Assembly: GCA_020137815.1 (NCBI GenBank)
Contig: CM035362.1
Span: 2,170,001 to 2,234,000, forward strand
Direction: 5' to 3'
Origin: Hormiphora californensis
Lineage: Eukaryota > Animalia > Ctenophora
Length of the DNA: 64,000 nucleotides
Shown here: piece by piece, positions 1 to 12,773 of the stretch
Layout of the letters: each line of letters opens with the position of its first letter
Numbering within the stretch: the first letter of the stretch is position 1
Made by a program: the position numbers and the translations under genes
The notes under the pieces: model-generated
Told to the model about the DNA's origin: nothing
The model's input: only the letters and a program-made list of their open reading frames with translations
Database searches by the model: none

Positions 1-2188
1 CAATAACATGAAAATTAATTTTGCCTTCACTTGGCTGATCCTAGTTTCTGTTATTTAACCTCTCTTGTATCCTATCAATTGTACCTTACCCTTGTATCAT
101 ACCCTTGCACCAGCTACCTTGGCCCCGGAAGATACCAGCAAAGTGAGAGGTTCAAACACACACACCCTTGTATCCTACCGGCCTTGACCTTATACTGTTA
201 TGCAACTTTAATTCTGTGACCATAATTAGTGAGTAGTTTAATGACACCCCTATGTGATGACACACCTTAAGTCTTAACCAATGACACATATATACTAAAG
301 GGAACAGCAGAGAGAAGAGAAAGTAGAAATTAATAAGAGATAGAAGAGAAGTATAGAAAAAGAGAGTTGGAGCAGGAGAGAGAAGTAAGGGACTGAGAAG
401 TATAGAAAAAGAGAGTTAGAAGAGGAGAGAGAAGAGACGTAGAACTAGAAAAAGAGAGTTGGAGCAGGGGTAGCGGGGCCGATACTTTTTTCTATCATCA
501 TATTGGTGTGTCATCGCATATAATATTTGTGGACGGAGGCGGTTGGAAAGTATATTGAGTTGAGACTCACTGGAATATACTTAGTAAATATATTCAGGGA
601 AATAATTTATCGGGAAAATAGAAAGAAGAAGAGAGGTAAAAATAAAAATATAAAGATAAAAGCTGGTAGGAAAATGATAGGCCGCCGAGAACGAATTGAC
701 ACACTGCCTCACGACTAATGGTCATCATGTGTATGTGACACACAGCTCTCTCTCTCTCTCCACAATATGGTCATTACTGCACGTCTTAATGGCCGCGTGA
801 GTTTCCATCGCGAACACAAATGTTTGCGCATCAATTACAAAATTGCATTCATTTTCACTTCTATGGAGAGCCGCCACTATTATAATCACCATATACCGTT
901 CGCCAGTTAGTAATTGCAAAGTTCATCGTGTACTAGTGTCTGAGAAGATACAGTACTCCTCTGATCCTCTGTGACACCTGCATATAATAATGAATTACTG
1001 ACTAATGATTCGCAATTCGAATTAACATAAGGAGCTCTCTCTCTAGTGATCTCTTTCATTAAAGTGCCTTTATAATTCTCATTTCTCAATTTCACAGCCG
1101 ATCTTGTATTGTTCTTTTCTCTTACTAATTTAAGGGACTTTGTCTATTGTTGAAATTTTTCTGACATTGTACATGACAGTGACAAGAAAACATACGAGTG
1201 TTTGTTTTAAAACCTCCTCTTCTTGTTGAGCTTGATACCCCCTTTTGGCAAGTCTGTGAATTACTGAATTGTAACAATTCTCCAATTACCTCAGACTCGA
1301 TGACATTGACATCGTTGAAAAGAAAGATAACGTTGTGAGAGACTTTGTGTGAAGGGATAGTTAATGCGCCTTCCGAGATTGTTATTACATATATGGAGAG
1401 TTATATAGAAGATTGTCAGCGAAGGAAGGAAAGGAAAGTCTATAATTATAACAATACATCTATATGGGGTAAGAGAGAGCATAAAATTATCTTATCTGAG
1501 CTCAGATAAGATAATTTCCTGCTCTCTCTTACCCCATGAGTTGTATATATAGCTCAGATCATATATTATTGGGGGAAGCTCGAGAGCAGGACATTATCTC
1601 ATGACTTATCCATATCTGGGTGTCTATCGCAGCTGTTTTTCCATTTTCCATCTATAGTTGGTATCATCATTATTCATTTTTGGTAGGAATAATTATTCAT
1701 TATTGGTATTCATGTAAATTCCGGAAATCTAAAAAACCCTGGATTTGATCCATCATGATGACATGTGACACATGACTTTTTCACGTTCCACCAACTCTTT
1801 GTGACATGTCATGATGTATATCCATATCTGATTCGTCTGCCCTCTTTGAAATATGTTCAATGATGCTGCAGCAGGTGGCGGAATGATTAAATTAGAGAGT
1901 CATTAAATATGTCCTGTATTTCTTTTCGTTACATATTACTTTTATATAGGAGAGGAGACTCGAGAGGCGAGAGGGTGGAGTCGGAGAGAAAGAGGCAAGA
2001 TTCTCTCTCGGGGCTACCAAATTGTGTGACGGTCTGTGGCATTTTGAAATGTGTTGCCGTACATTGTCTCGCCGAAGATTTGAGAGTTGCTAGCGATCGT
2101 TCTGGGGAAAAACAGATTGTACGCAACTTTTGGGAGCATAATGGAGACTGGAGAGAGGGGAAGAACAGGATTGGGTGAGAGAGATGGA

Positions 2189-2192
<4 letters not shown>

Positions 2193-2285
<93 letters not shown>
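2193..2285. repeat. (GA)n microsatellite; similar tracts at ~7715-7812, 10655-10740, 19888-20003, 26344-26456, 37345-37455, 52451-52540, 52874-52995
   Basis: Read directly; the source of the RERE/SLSL ORFs. Confidence 0.95.
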
Positions 2286-3230
2286 TTGTGAGAAAAAAAA
2301 GGTAGTACCCAAAATGATTCCCCTAAAATCTAATTGCTTTCTTGGCTGTAGTACTCCACAATTCATACAGTTGAAGGAGAAGCCTAATTTTCCTGTCAGA
2401 GTGTGTCCTTTCTCGTCTCATAAACGACTGCCCTCTCCGAACTTGGTGACGCGGCCACCCCTACACTGGCCGCGCGAAGCGGGCTGAGTATTATAACATA
2501 ATAGGGGATTTCATCACCAATCTCCGAACCGGTGTGATGTTACAGGGGGGGGGGGGGTGTTACAGTCATGTAGTACCATGACAATTGCCCTTAATTCCTC
2601 CTTGAATTGTCTTGCCATACATGCTCACCCCGTCGCGTCGGCCCCATGTACAGACTGGGAACATGTCAAAATCGTCCTTTCATTCTCGCCTCAATCATTT
2701 TTTGAAGCAAATCTTAAAATTGGTTCGTCCATGTCGATATACTTCGTGACGTTGACAGTTCTATTAAAATCATAATTGTCTTCCTGATTCGATGCATGCG
2801 ATCCATAGCCGTGATTGATAATTTGGCTTTACCATCAGATTTCCGATATAATGTACAATGTATGTATTTTCTTTCTGTAACAACAATTTTTTCCTGCCCA
2901 CGGCTGAATGTCGAAGTTTCGCCAACAAAATGTATATTGCTACGCTTAAATAATCTGCCTCAATGCTACACTTACATAATCCCACAAGGCTTACATTATT
3001 TATGAGGGATATCCTGTAAGTTACAGGATATCCCTCATAAATAATGTAAGCCTTGTGGGATTAGTCTCAACTTTCCTTTACACACGCGCCTAAAACACGC
3101 CTTTCCATTGTTTGACCTAGCACAACTTTTTGTTTGTTCTGCTTCTCATTAGAAGCTCGTTAGTGTACCTTTCTGTATCAGCATAGTTTTAAAACCTCCG
3201 ATCAGTTTAGCAACTTTTTAACCTTTTTAA

Positions 3231-4621
3231 GGGTACGCTAACCAAAAATTTTTTTCGAGTGCAGGGAAATCTCTCACCGTAGGGTTGTAGGCCATGCCAA
3301 GGAGACCTCAAATATGCAATTTGAGCTCTCAAGTCGAATTCATATTTTTGCTACAGCTGTTTAAAAAATGTACTGAAAATACGTTTTTGGCATCTCGAAA
3401 AATTTTTTTTAAAGATAGGAGCATGAAAATTTGGGGATTTGAAGAGGACATGAAGGTGAATAACCACAAAAATTTTTTTTGCAATCCGAGCTGATTTCCG
3501 GTCCTGAGATGGATTTCTTTTTTTCCACTTTAACGCCCTATTTGGCAAAGTTCCGAAAAACATGTGAAAGCTGTAAATTGGTGAAAAGTTGCGTCTAACG
3601 ATTATCTAAGTGGCCATAAATTTTGGGCGTGTCCTTATTTGAGGTGTGTCGTACAGAGTTTTTTTTGTGAAAGCCGTCATTTCAGAAATAAATAAATTCC
3701 CTGTATCTCAAAAACGGCTGATCGTAGAGACCTGAGACTATGCTTAAACGATTCAGAAGGTCCGATTTTGGGGGGGTCTTCTGAGAGACATTTTGCTCCT
3801 ACTTCAACCGTTTTTGCTGTAATTGCGAAAAACAAATTCTATGAAAAGGGCAAAGGCTAAACTCCAATATCCTGTAATTAGGGAATTTTAGCTAAGAAAG
3901 GGCCGAAACTATGGAAAAATGTTTAACAAGCTAATTCCTTCACTATTTGGTCCATATGGGTCCCTATAATCATAAAAAACAAAATCACAAAAAATCCACG
4001 ATGGCGAAGATGGGTTTTCGTTTTTCGCAATTACAGCAAAAACGGTTGAAGTAGGAGCAAAATGTCTCTCAGAAGACCCCCCCAAAATCGGACCTTCTGA
4101 ATCGTTTAAGCATAGTCTCAGGTCTCTACGATCAGCCGTTTTTGAGATACAGGGAATTTATTTATTTCTGAAATGACGGCTTTCACAAAAAAGACTCTGT
4201 ACGACACACCTCAAATAAGGACACGCCCAAAATTTATGGCCACTTAGATAATCGTTAGACGCAACTTTTCACCAATTTACAGCTTTCACATGTTTTCGGA
4301 ACTTTGCCAAATAGGGCGTTAAAGTGGAAAAAAAGAAATCCATCTCAGGACCGGAAATCAGCTCGGATTGCAAAAAAAATTTTTGTGGTTATTCACCTTC
4401 ATGTCCTCTTCAAATCCCCAAATTTTCATGCTCCTATCTTTAAAAAAAATTTTTCGAGATGCCAAAAACGTATTTTCAGTACATTTTTTAAACAGCTGTA
4501 GCAAAAATATGAATTCGACTTGAGAGCTCAAATTGCATATTTGAGGTCTCCTTGGCATGGCCTACAACCCTACGGTGAGAGATTTCCCTGCACTCGAAAA
4601 AAATTTTTGGTTAGCGTACCC
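3231..4621. mobile_element. Non-autonomous foldback DNA transposon (Kolobok-like), ~603-bp inverted arms, TTAA flanks
   Basis: TTAA|GGGTACGCTAACC...GGTTAGCGTACCC|TTAA. Arms 3231-3833 and 4020-4621 are near-perfect reverse complements around a ~186-bp spacer, which explains the mirrored ORFs in the track. A TTAA target with purine-starting termini fits Kolobok rather than piggyBac (CCC start); the superfamily call is inference. Confidence 0.85.
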
Positions 4622-4777
4622 TTAAACAGTAAACACCCTTTCCGGAATAGCTTTCCTAATTCTTAATCGAATTTTAGTACTGCTAAATTGTTGTTTTTCT
4701 TTAGTTTTAACTCCCCTAACCCCAAACCATCTCCTCCAGCCCAATGTACAGCCGTAGCTGAACAACAAACCACCTGA

Positions 4778-7216
4778 ATGATGATGGGTGCCAATGGTCA
4801 TGTTGCTATTGCGGTGGGGTTCATTGCAGGACTCGCCCTGCTGGGTAACATTATGATAACCATAGTCGGTCTGAGACTCCCAACACACCCCAAGAACCTA
4901 ACGCAGGTGATTTTACAGATAACATAGCCTGATTTTGTTAGATAAGGTGTCCCACATTTAGTCCTTACAAGATTTTACAACCCCCAATAATCTTATTAGT
5001 CTGAGCTGGCGTGACACTGTCAGGCCAATGCTCTGACCACAGTTCTCGCGCGCTCCGCCAGGCGTGACACTGACACTTGACAGCCCCGATCTGAGACAGC
5101 AAGTTATTGGTTTCCACCCGACCATTCGTTCGAAAATTTGTTTGGTGATAAACTAACCAAATATTAATTAAATTTTAATTGACAGGTGTTCCTAATCAGC
5201 CTATCGATAGCGGATATACTGATGTCAGTACAAGTACCCTTCTACATTGCTGGTCTGACAGACAAAGTTTTTACAGACAACTCTAACGCACTGGTTAGTG
5301 AATACTTTAAAATTTCCTGTTTCTCATGTATACATGTTGACGTACATGTGACTGTACAACGTACATGTACGTATATTTGTACGTAATCACAGTAAATATT
5401 TCAACTCCTTATCACGATTTCTAAACTATCAGTATCAGTATCATCTTCCCCGTTTTCTAATCTCGATATGTTCCTTTACGAAAAGAGCGTCGAGCTAGGA
5501 AAGTCTAACAGCTCGAACTATCCCCTCGCAGACGAATGTGTTGTGTAGTATGTCTAGTTTTGTGGCATGGATGGCGATCAAAGCCAACATATTCATGGTC
5601 ATGGTCATGGGTATTGACAGGATGATTGCCACGTGTTATGCTGCCGCGTAAGTATAATCTGTTGAAGCGGAATGTTACTTTTAGAACTTGGAAGGAACCC
5701 TTCATTTCGCAGATTCCATTTTCTTTTAATTTCTAAGAAGAGTATTGAAGCCCGCGGGTTTAACATCAATCCACCTAATATCTCCAGGTATCTAAATAAA
5801 GTGAGACGAGAGTATGCTGTGACAGCGTGTGTTATTGTCTGGGTTCTCTCCTTCTGTCTGGCAGGTCTTCCCGGTCTCTTTACCCTTGTTTTTCCAGGAG
5901 GAATCTCCAACCCGTACTCTTATGACGAAATGGTAAAAGTTGTACTGATTATGCCTAAAATATTAATAGTTCATTTTGCAAGTCTTGCAGACTTTGTAGC
6001 AGCCTCGAGGTAGTCAACATAAACCAATCTTAATGATGATTCTGAATCAGTGAATCATAGCTTTATCTTGTTTTTCATGAACACACAACCATTTCAGTTT
6101 GCCACGTGTACCGTATTCCCTGATTTCTGCGAGGACAGCCACAAAGCAGAATACGCTCCTCTCAAAGTGTATTTCATCCTGGACATGGTAGTCACGGTCT
6201 TCCTCCCCCTTTGTATTATAGTGTTCTGTTACATCCGGATCTGTAGCAAGATATTTGATCTCAAGAAGATCAGGACCATCAGCAGGCATTTTAGTCAGAG
6301 ACAGATCTTTAAACGGTCAAGCAAGGCTGATAGGACGGATGACGGGGGTAAACAGTCCATCAGAAAACTACAATCAAACTCTTCAACTGATGTTAACATG
6401 AGCAGGGCAGGTGATACTATTTCAACAATTCCTGAAACCCCGATAGAAGGGAGTACTTCTATATTCGCTAAAACGTCAGATGATCCACTCATGCCGTACA
6501 TGATGTCGGACCAACCTGTACGGCCTTTCCGGCTGTCCCTTGGTCACGCAGGCCGGGATAAACAGTTCGATATGACAAGTGAAGAACCTATTTCAACCCC
6601 TACCCGGATAAACTTTAATCGGGCACAAAGTCAGGTTCAATTCAAGCTGAGCGCCACTAAACTTGAAGAGGAAGAAATATCGGAGTGTACTCCAACTGGG
6701 ACTTGTGGTGTAGCATCACTTCCAACATCAGCAGACCCCCCTGTATACATGGTCGATCCAACTCTCCAACGGAAACGCTTTAATTTCTTCACAATTGACA
6801 CTAAACTAGAAGAATGCCCCGAAGTCCCGTGTCGTACTCGTGGTGGGATAATTTCCAGTAGCATTGGGGTGATTGAAAAGCACTATAATGCCATTGAGTC
6901 GGCACGAGATGAATTAGCTAAGAAGATGAGGGTATACAAATACCAGATTCGGGTGGCGCGGACTGCGGTGGTGGTCTGTACGTTCTTTGTGATTTGTTAT
7001 ATAATATTTGAAACTGCTGTTATCATAGTACTGTCAGCTGACCGAGATCTTTGCCGGGACGATAATGTATCTCATTATGTTAGTTATAGTCATCTTATGC
7101 TGTTCGTTAACTCGGCACTCAATGTTATGATTTATGGGCTTATGCATAGGTCGGTGAGAGCACAGGTAACGAAGATCTTGTGTTTTACTAAAGTTAGGCA
7201 GAATACAAATTCGTAA
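4778..7216 (+). CDS. Class A (rhodopsin-like) orphan GPCR, ~538 aa, 5 exons
   Basis: Exons 4778-4906, 5186-5293, 5532-5647, 5788-5932, 6098-7216 join in frame through GT-AG introns. TM1 LLGNIM, TM2 SLSIAD, TM3 GIDRM (DRY-like), TM4 W, TM5 FLP..IVFCY, ~240-aa ICL3, TM7 NSALNVMIY. Confidence 0.9.
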
Positions 7217-7397
7217 TTTTCCTATGTTTTCGCTTTTTTACAAACCTAGCTATCAAAAACTTTGTTATATTCGTACTTTAAAAATTCCTCAAAAAGCTAA
7301 TCTTCACTGCACCATATCCTAATTACTTGTTGTATGAATTGTGTGTGTGAGATTCCGAATATAACAACCATATCCTTGTCCATTTGAACGCTGTCTG

Positions 7398-7508
7398 ACC
7401 AATGCTCTGACCACAGTTATTTGAGAGAAATGAGAATAGGCCCAGGTCAATGCTCTGACCACAGTTATATGAGAGAAATGAGAATAGGGTCAGGTCAATG
7501 CTCTGACA
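7398..7508. repeat. ~50-bp tandem repeat, ~2.3 copies
   Basis: CAATGCTCTGACCACAGTTAT.TGAGAGAAATGAGAATAGG repeated; partial copies near 5026 and 8025. Confidence 0.7.
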
Positions 7509-7715
7509 GTTTGAACGTCTGCAGACAGACGTGCAATATATTGTGCAATTTGTCAAATCCTTGCTCTATTCAGGAGGCTCAGGAGTAGCGACATGAAAAC
7601 TGCATAGCGACACACCTTCATTCTCTCATTCTTCTGTTGGATTTAGTTAGGCTCACTAAATATTTCTCTCTTCTCGGCCACAAGATGAATGACTGTCTTC
7701 TCTGGAAGCTATCCA

Positions 7716-7815
<100 letters not shown>

Positions 7816-8260
7816 CCTCCTTTTCTGCTTCATATGCATATGATTCTCTCCCTCCCTCTCTCCTTTTATTCCTTCATAAATATGTAAGTGTGTCTTGCAG
7901 CTCATATGGATCCCCATGTGTCGCATTTAGAACACCTGGCCGGCCAGTGGTCTCAGAAGGAGCTCGCTAGATAATTAGAGACCAGAAATCACACCCAAGC
8001 TGCTGATAATATTTAACTGATTCAATGAAAGAAATAGGGTCATGCTAATGCTCTGGCAGGTATAGATCACGGGGATTTCGAGAAGTTGACTGCTGCAGAT
8101 GTCATTGGTCTCTAGATTTTTCTGCAATTTACCGGCCAAATTGGATATGGAGGATGCGGGTAGTACCCAAATTACTGTCTGGCGCCGCGACCCATCTGAG
8201 CGCACTGTCGTTGAGAATCAAATTGGGGTCTGGCGCCGCCAGACAGCCAAATTACATGTA

Positions 8261-8703
8261 TGGCGGGAGACACACTGAAGTTGGGCGCGCTCGTTCAAAT
8301 CTCAACCTCGCGACACACACTGAAGTTCGAAGTTTCGCGAAACCCCATTTTCGGCTGAGAAATCATTTGTAAGAGGCTAACTTATTTACTGGTACATCTC
8401 TCGAGGTGCCCTTTATCCATACTGAGTCAATTTCACGGTTTTTGAAATTTTTGGCTAATCCGGTCACAATTGTCCCAATTCACCAAAAATTTTAAAAACG
8501 ATGAAATTGACCCGGTATTGATAAAGGACACTTCGAGAGATGTACCAGTAAATAAACTAGCATCTTACAACTAATTTCTCAGTCGAAAATGGGTTTTCGC
8601 GAAACTATGAACTTTTCCGCGAAACTTCGAACTTCGAACTTCAGTGTGTGTCGCGAGGTTGAGAGTTGAACGCGCGCGACCAACTTCAGTGTGTCTCCCC
8701 CCA
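8261..8703. mobile_element. Palindromic MITE (~440 bp)
   Basis: Termini TGGCGGGAGACACACTGAAGTTGG / CCAACTTCAGTGTGTCTCCCCCCA. The whole element is an imperfect inverted repeat. Confidence 0.8.
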
Positions 8704-8889
8704 GTGGCCATCAAAAGCTGGTCAAAAAATATGAAACATTCTTTCTTGTGGACAAGTAATTAACACAACAAAATAACATATTGTATAGAAAGATCATGGT
8801 GGTGCTAAAAAGTACAAACACATGACACAGAGTCTGCCAGGCCAAAAAACAGCTCAACGGTACCTTATATCACTTAAGTATCAGAATCT

Positions 8890-10555
8890 TCAGATGATGT
8901 GAAGAAGAGGTAGTAGCACTAGCAAGAGATATATTTGAATCCTTCCACAGCCGTCTAAAAATGGAGTTGATGGTTAGATTATTATGGTTACCAAGGCCAG
9001 TAAATCGACAACTTTGGAAAATAATCACAAGCTGTCTGAAAAGATTCTTACCAATGATTGTTTCTTCAGTTTCCTCTCCTCCTCCTCTTCCTCTTCATCC
9101 TCTTCCTCCTCTTCCTCCTCCTCTTCTTTCAGGGGTCGCACGTTGTTAATTCTTGCCTCAACTGTTGCGTAGTTACCAGGGGGGTAGTACTGAGGGAGAG
9201 GGAGGGATAAAGGAAGGAATCAGTGCCATTGCAACCAGGGAGATAGTACTGAGGGAGAGGGAGGGGATAAAGGAAGGCATCAGTGCCAGGACTTAGATCT
9301 CATAAGATCAAGTGAACCTAAGTGGCAATGGTACCCCACGGCATCCGATTATGTGTATATATCTGGGACTATTGATTGCTAAACAATGATAAGAACTATT
9401 ATACCTGACATACAACATACGATCCGCTTCCTTTTCCAGATGCAAATCCACAGTTCACCTCACTTGTTCTGTTCCAAACAACCTGAAAACGGAGATGCTG
9501 TTACCATGGCAACATGACAACGGAGATGCTGTTGTCATGGCAACCTATTGTTGTCATTACAATCAGCTCGAAATGTGTAGAGGTAGGGGAAGCGAGGCAA
9601 GACACCACGCACTGGTGAACCGTAAACAGGGGAAGAATAGCTATGCTACCAACCTGTGTAAAATGAAGGGCATTTTTTGAAGGATCCTTCTTGATTCCTC
9701 TTTCAAAATCCCAGTTATCAATTTCACTGTACCAGCCTTTCATAGAGGCATTGTAGGCCAGCAATTTGCCTAATTTGTGTGCAGAGGACCACCACAAATT
9801 CTCTCCCAGCGGGGTATCTGCAATTTGAACACATGTGGTGGTGAAGACTGAAGACAGATAGATGATGAAATAGTACAGGCATGTCTCATACCGAATTATT
9901 ATGTCTTCAGAGTCTAAAACTGTCTCTGATCTTAGATTGCCAATGAAACACTGCCGAATATCTGGCAAGGTCTAAGTTAGACCTTATTAAGGTTAGACGC
10001 TAACCGGAGTGTGTCAGCTTCCTGTTATCTCGGAGGTAGTTAGCCCATTTCTGCGTTGTATACTGGACCTTTCCAGCGCTTCTACCATAACACAAACCAA
10101 GCCGTGTCCTGAGACATAGATCTCTGTTAATATTTCCTGGTCTTGTTTGAATTTATGGAGCGTAAAGACAGCTTACCAAGCGGTTCAAACCGATGTGCTT
10201 TTGCAGGCTAAATGTTGCACGGGGAAGAAAAATATATATCAAGGATCAATAAAAAAGTAACCTACATACCTGGTGAAGATTCCTATAGTGATTGTGATGG
10301 TCAAGTATCTGTCTTTCCGCTGCCACGTTCAACTTCGTCTTACACGCACCCTCAACTAAAAAGGAAGAAATATTAATTGATTTTACAAATTGAAACATCA
10401 AAACACTTGGTCTTTGGCTGCCGCCAGACCACGTTTTGATTCTCGCTCAGATCGGGTCGGCGCCCCAAGACAGATCGTTGGACAAGGATAAAAGAAGGGG
10501 TGACGGTTCAGTATAACTCACCTAGGGATATGAGAATATACAGGAACACAGCCAT
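8890..10555 (-). CDS. Secreted CAP/SCP (PR-1/GLIPR-like) protein with acidic stalk; contains apparent frameshifts
   Basis: Exons ~10555-10522 (signal MAVFLYILISL), 10355-10270 (LDHHNHYRNLHQ), 10108-10005 (QKWANYL..LTHS; 1 nt too long), 9817-9654 (GENL..WYSEI..HFTQ), 9482-9405 (VVW..YVVCQ), 9189-9052 (YYPPGN, poly-E), and a probable last exon 8954-8890. Confidence 0.85.
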
Positions 10556-10676
10556 CTACACAGAACTAGAAACAGCACTCGAGAAATACTGATCCTCTTC
10601 AGCTGTAACTCAGTTACATATCGTCCCATGTTGTTGACGTCCTGATGAGTCATGAGAGGGGAGAGAGAGAGAGAGA

Positions 10677-10742
<66 letters not shown>

Positions 10743-11152
10743 AGGAATGGTATGATTGTTTCTGCGACCCGGCACCCGCCCTTCGAGCTAGTTTGTGTGT
10801 GTGTGTGTGTGGAAGGGGGACCGTGGGAAAAAAAGAGGGCATGTGCGCGCGATTCCAACTGAAAGGAAAACCTCGCGCCGTACGTTGCTGTACTTCGGTG
10901 AGTGAGACAGTGGCAAAAAATGCTCTTCTCAATCCGCCCGTCTTAATCCCAGAATCCGAACCACACACACAGGCACTTATCCCAACCAAGAATTATATCA
11001 CAACCAATTTTGGTGTTCCAAACCAGGTAAATAAAAACTGTACAAAACACTTGATATGCCGAACCCTCTGCATAGAGCGACACAACAAAACACAAACTTT
11101 CATCAAGTTCAGTCCATATTGTATGTGCGCTAAAAGGGAGTGAGAATCGAGT

Positions 11153-12117
11153 TCAGTCCATTTTCGGGGGGAACATCTTTCTCCATTTCAACCAGGTAGG
11201 AACGGGGCCACCTCGCTTCTTTGTCCCGTATGTGTAAACAGAATCATGGATAACACCCATCTTGTGCAGTGTTTTTCGTGGTATAGCGGTCAGGGGTCGA
11301 CTCTCTACCGGTTCTAGCTCACTTGGTTTGTGCTGGAAATCAATCTGAAAGAGAGGGTTTAGGGGATAAAACGTTTTTTATAACGGCATTAGGGGGTTTA
11401 GGGGGTAAAAAGGGAGTATAAAGGGGGGTATAAGAGATATGCATTATTAATCAATTAATTGTTAACAAACCAACATATAGATATAAGTCAATTTCCTATT
11501 TTGTTAATCGATTCAAAAAAATTTTGTATTGTTACACAAATTAACATGACCACCCCCCCCCCCCCCAACCAACATGTAGATATAAAGTCACGTACCGGCC
11601 ATACATCCTTAGTCTCTTGTACATCTAGATAGCCGGGAAGTAGCTTTTTCATTTCAGCCACCTCTACAAAGACTACGTCTTGTTTTGCCACTTTGTCATA
11701 TGCAACCAGCTTTATGTCCTCTTTTGATTTCTCAGGCTTCCTGATGAGAGGCTGGAAATTATTAATATTAGGGGGTAAAGTCGGATTTTTGAAGTTGCCT
11801 CCCCCAAATGACCGCACAGGAGAAGGGGGTAACAACTTCAAAAAATCCAACTTTAATTGTAATTCTTATAAAACTTTTAATTTATTCGTTAATATATTTG
11901 TAACTTAATCACTTTTTAGCTACTTTATACAGTTCTTTATTCAACCGACAATGTTAAACTAAATTTCAATCAGTTTATGTCTAATTTAATTCCGTTTCAA
12001 TGTCCTATAATACACCTACCAAGCAGTGACAGTGGTTCCAGTGGCAGCCAGACTATGTAACACCACCTGGACTCTTTGGACAGTGGGCCTGTATACCAAT
12101 CTCCTTGTTGCTGACAT
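11153..12117 (-). CDS. MRPL33: Mitochondrial ribosomal protein bL33m-like with long C-terminal extension, ~144 aa, 3 exons
   Basis: Exons 12117-12020, 11740-11596, 11344-11153 are in frame. RVQVVLHSLAATGT...IKLVAYDKVAKQDVVFVE matches the bL33 pattern V-x-L-x-S-x-A-x-TG...L-x-x-YD...V-x-F-x-E, recognised by eye. Confidence 0.7.
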
Positions 12118-12773
12118 GCTAAAAGGGAGTGAGGAGAATTTATTCATTGGAGGGTGACAAGAATATATTTACTGGAGAGGAGCTTGGAAGGGGTGAGAGG
12201 TAGAGGTCGGATAGTTTGAATATATTTCCAAATCGCAAACATTGCCATGGGGTGAGAGGCATGTGAGAGGGAGTTTGAACAGCGTGGCTTTATGTTTTAA
12301 TGAAAGATCCAGTACAACATGTGGTCCATTAGCCATCCCTTCGCCACTTGTTATGTTCTAATCCTCATTTACATTTGTTGCCCACGTGGGGTGCGGTGAG
12401 ACAGGGTCGATCAAGGCAATTCACCACGCCATTGCGACAAAAGAAACGTAGAAATGTATCCGGGTTGAGAGGTAGGTGAGAGCTGGGGTTTGATTGCATT
12501 GCTAGACCCTATCTCAAACCAAAACGGGTTTGAACAGAACAAGAGTTGTTACTGACAGAGCCTGAATATAGTGGAGACACACCAAACTCGAAATTCTTTC
12601 CGGAAGAATAAAACATTTCTACACATTACCAAATTATACAGAGCTTCATTTCGACAATATTTATATTTTTCCCTCTCGCCATGTTCACTTCAAATGGTCC
12701 ATCTCTCTCACATATATGACGTCGATCAATTAATTTTTACAACATCATATGACTGGCCTACTCCAGTTCTCTA

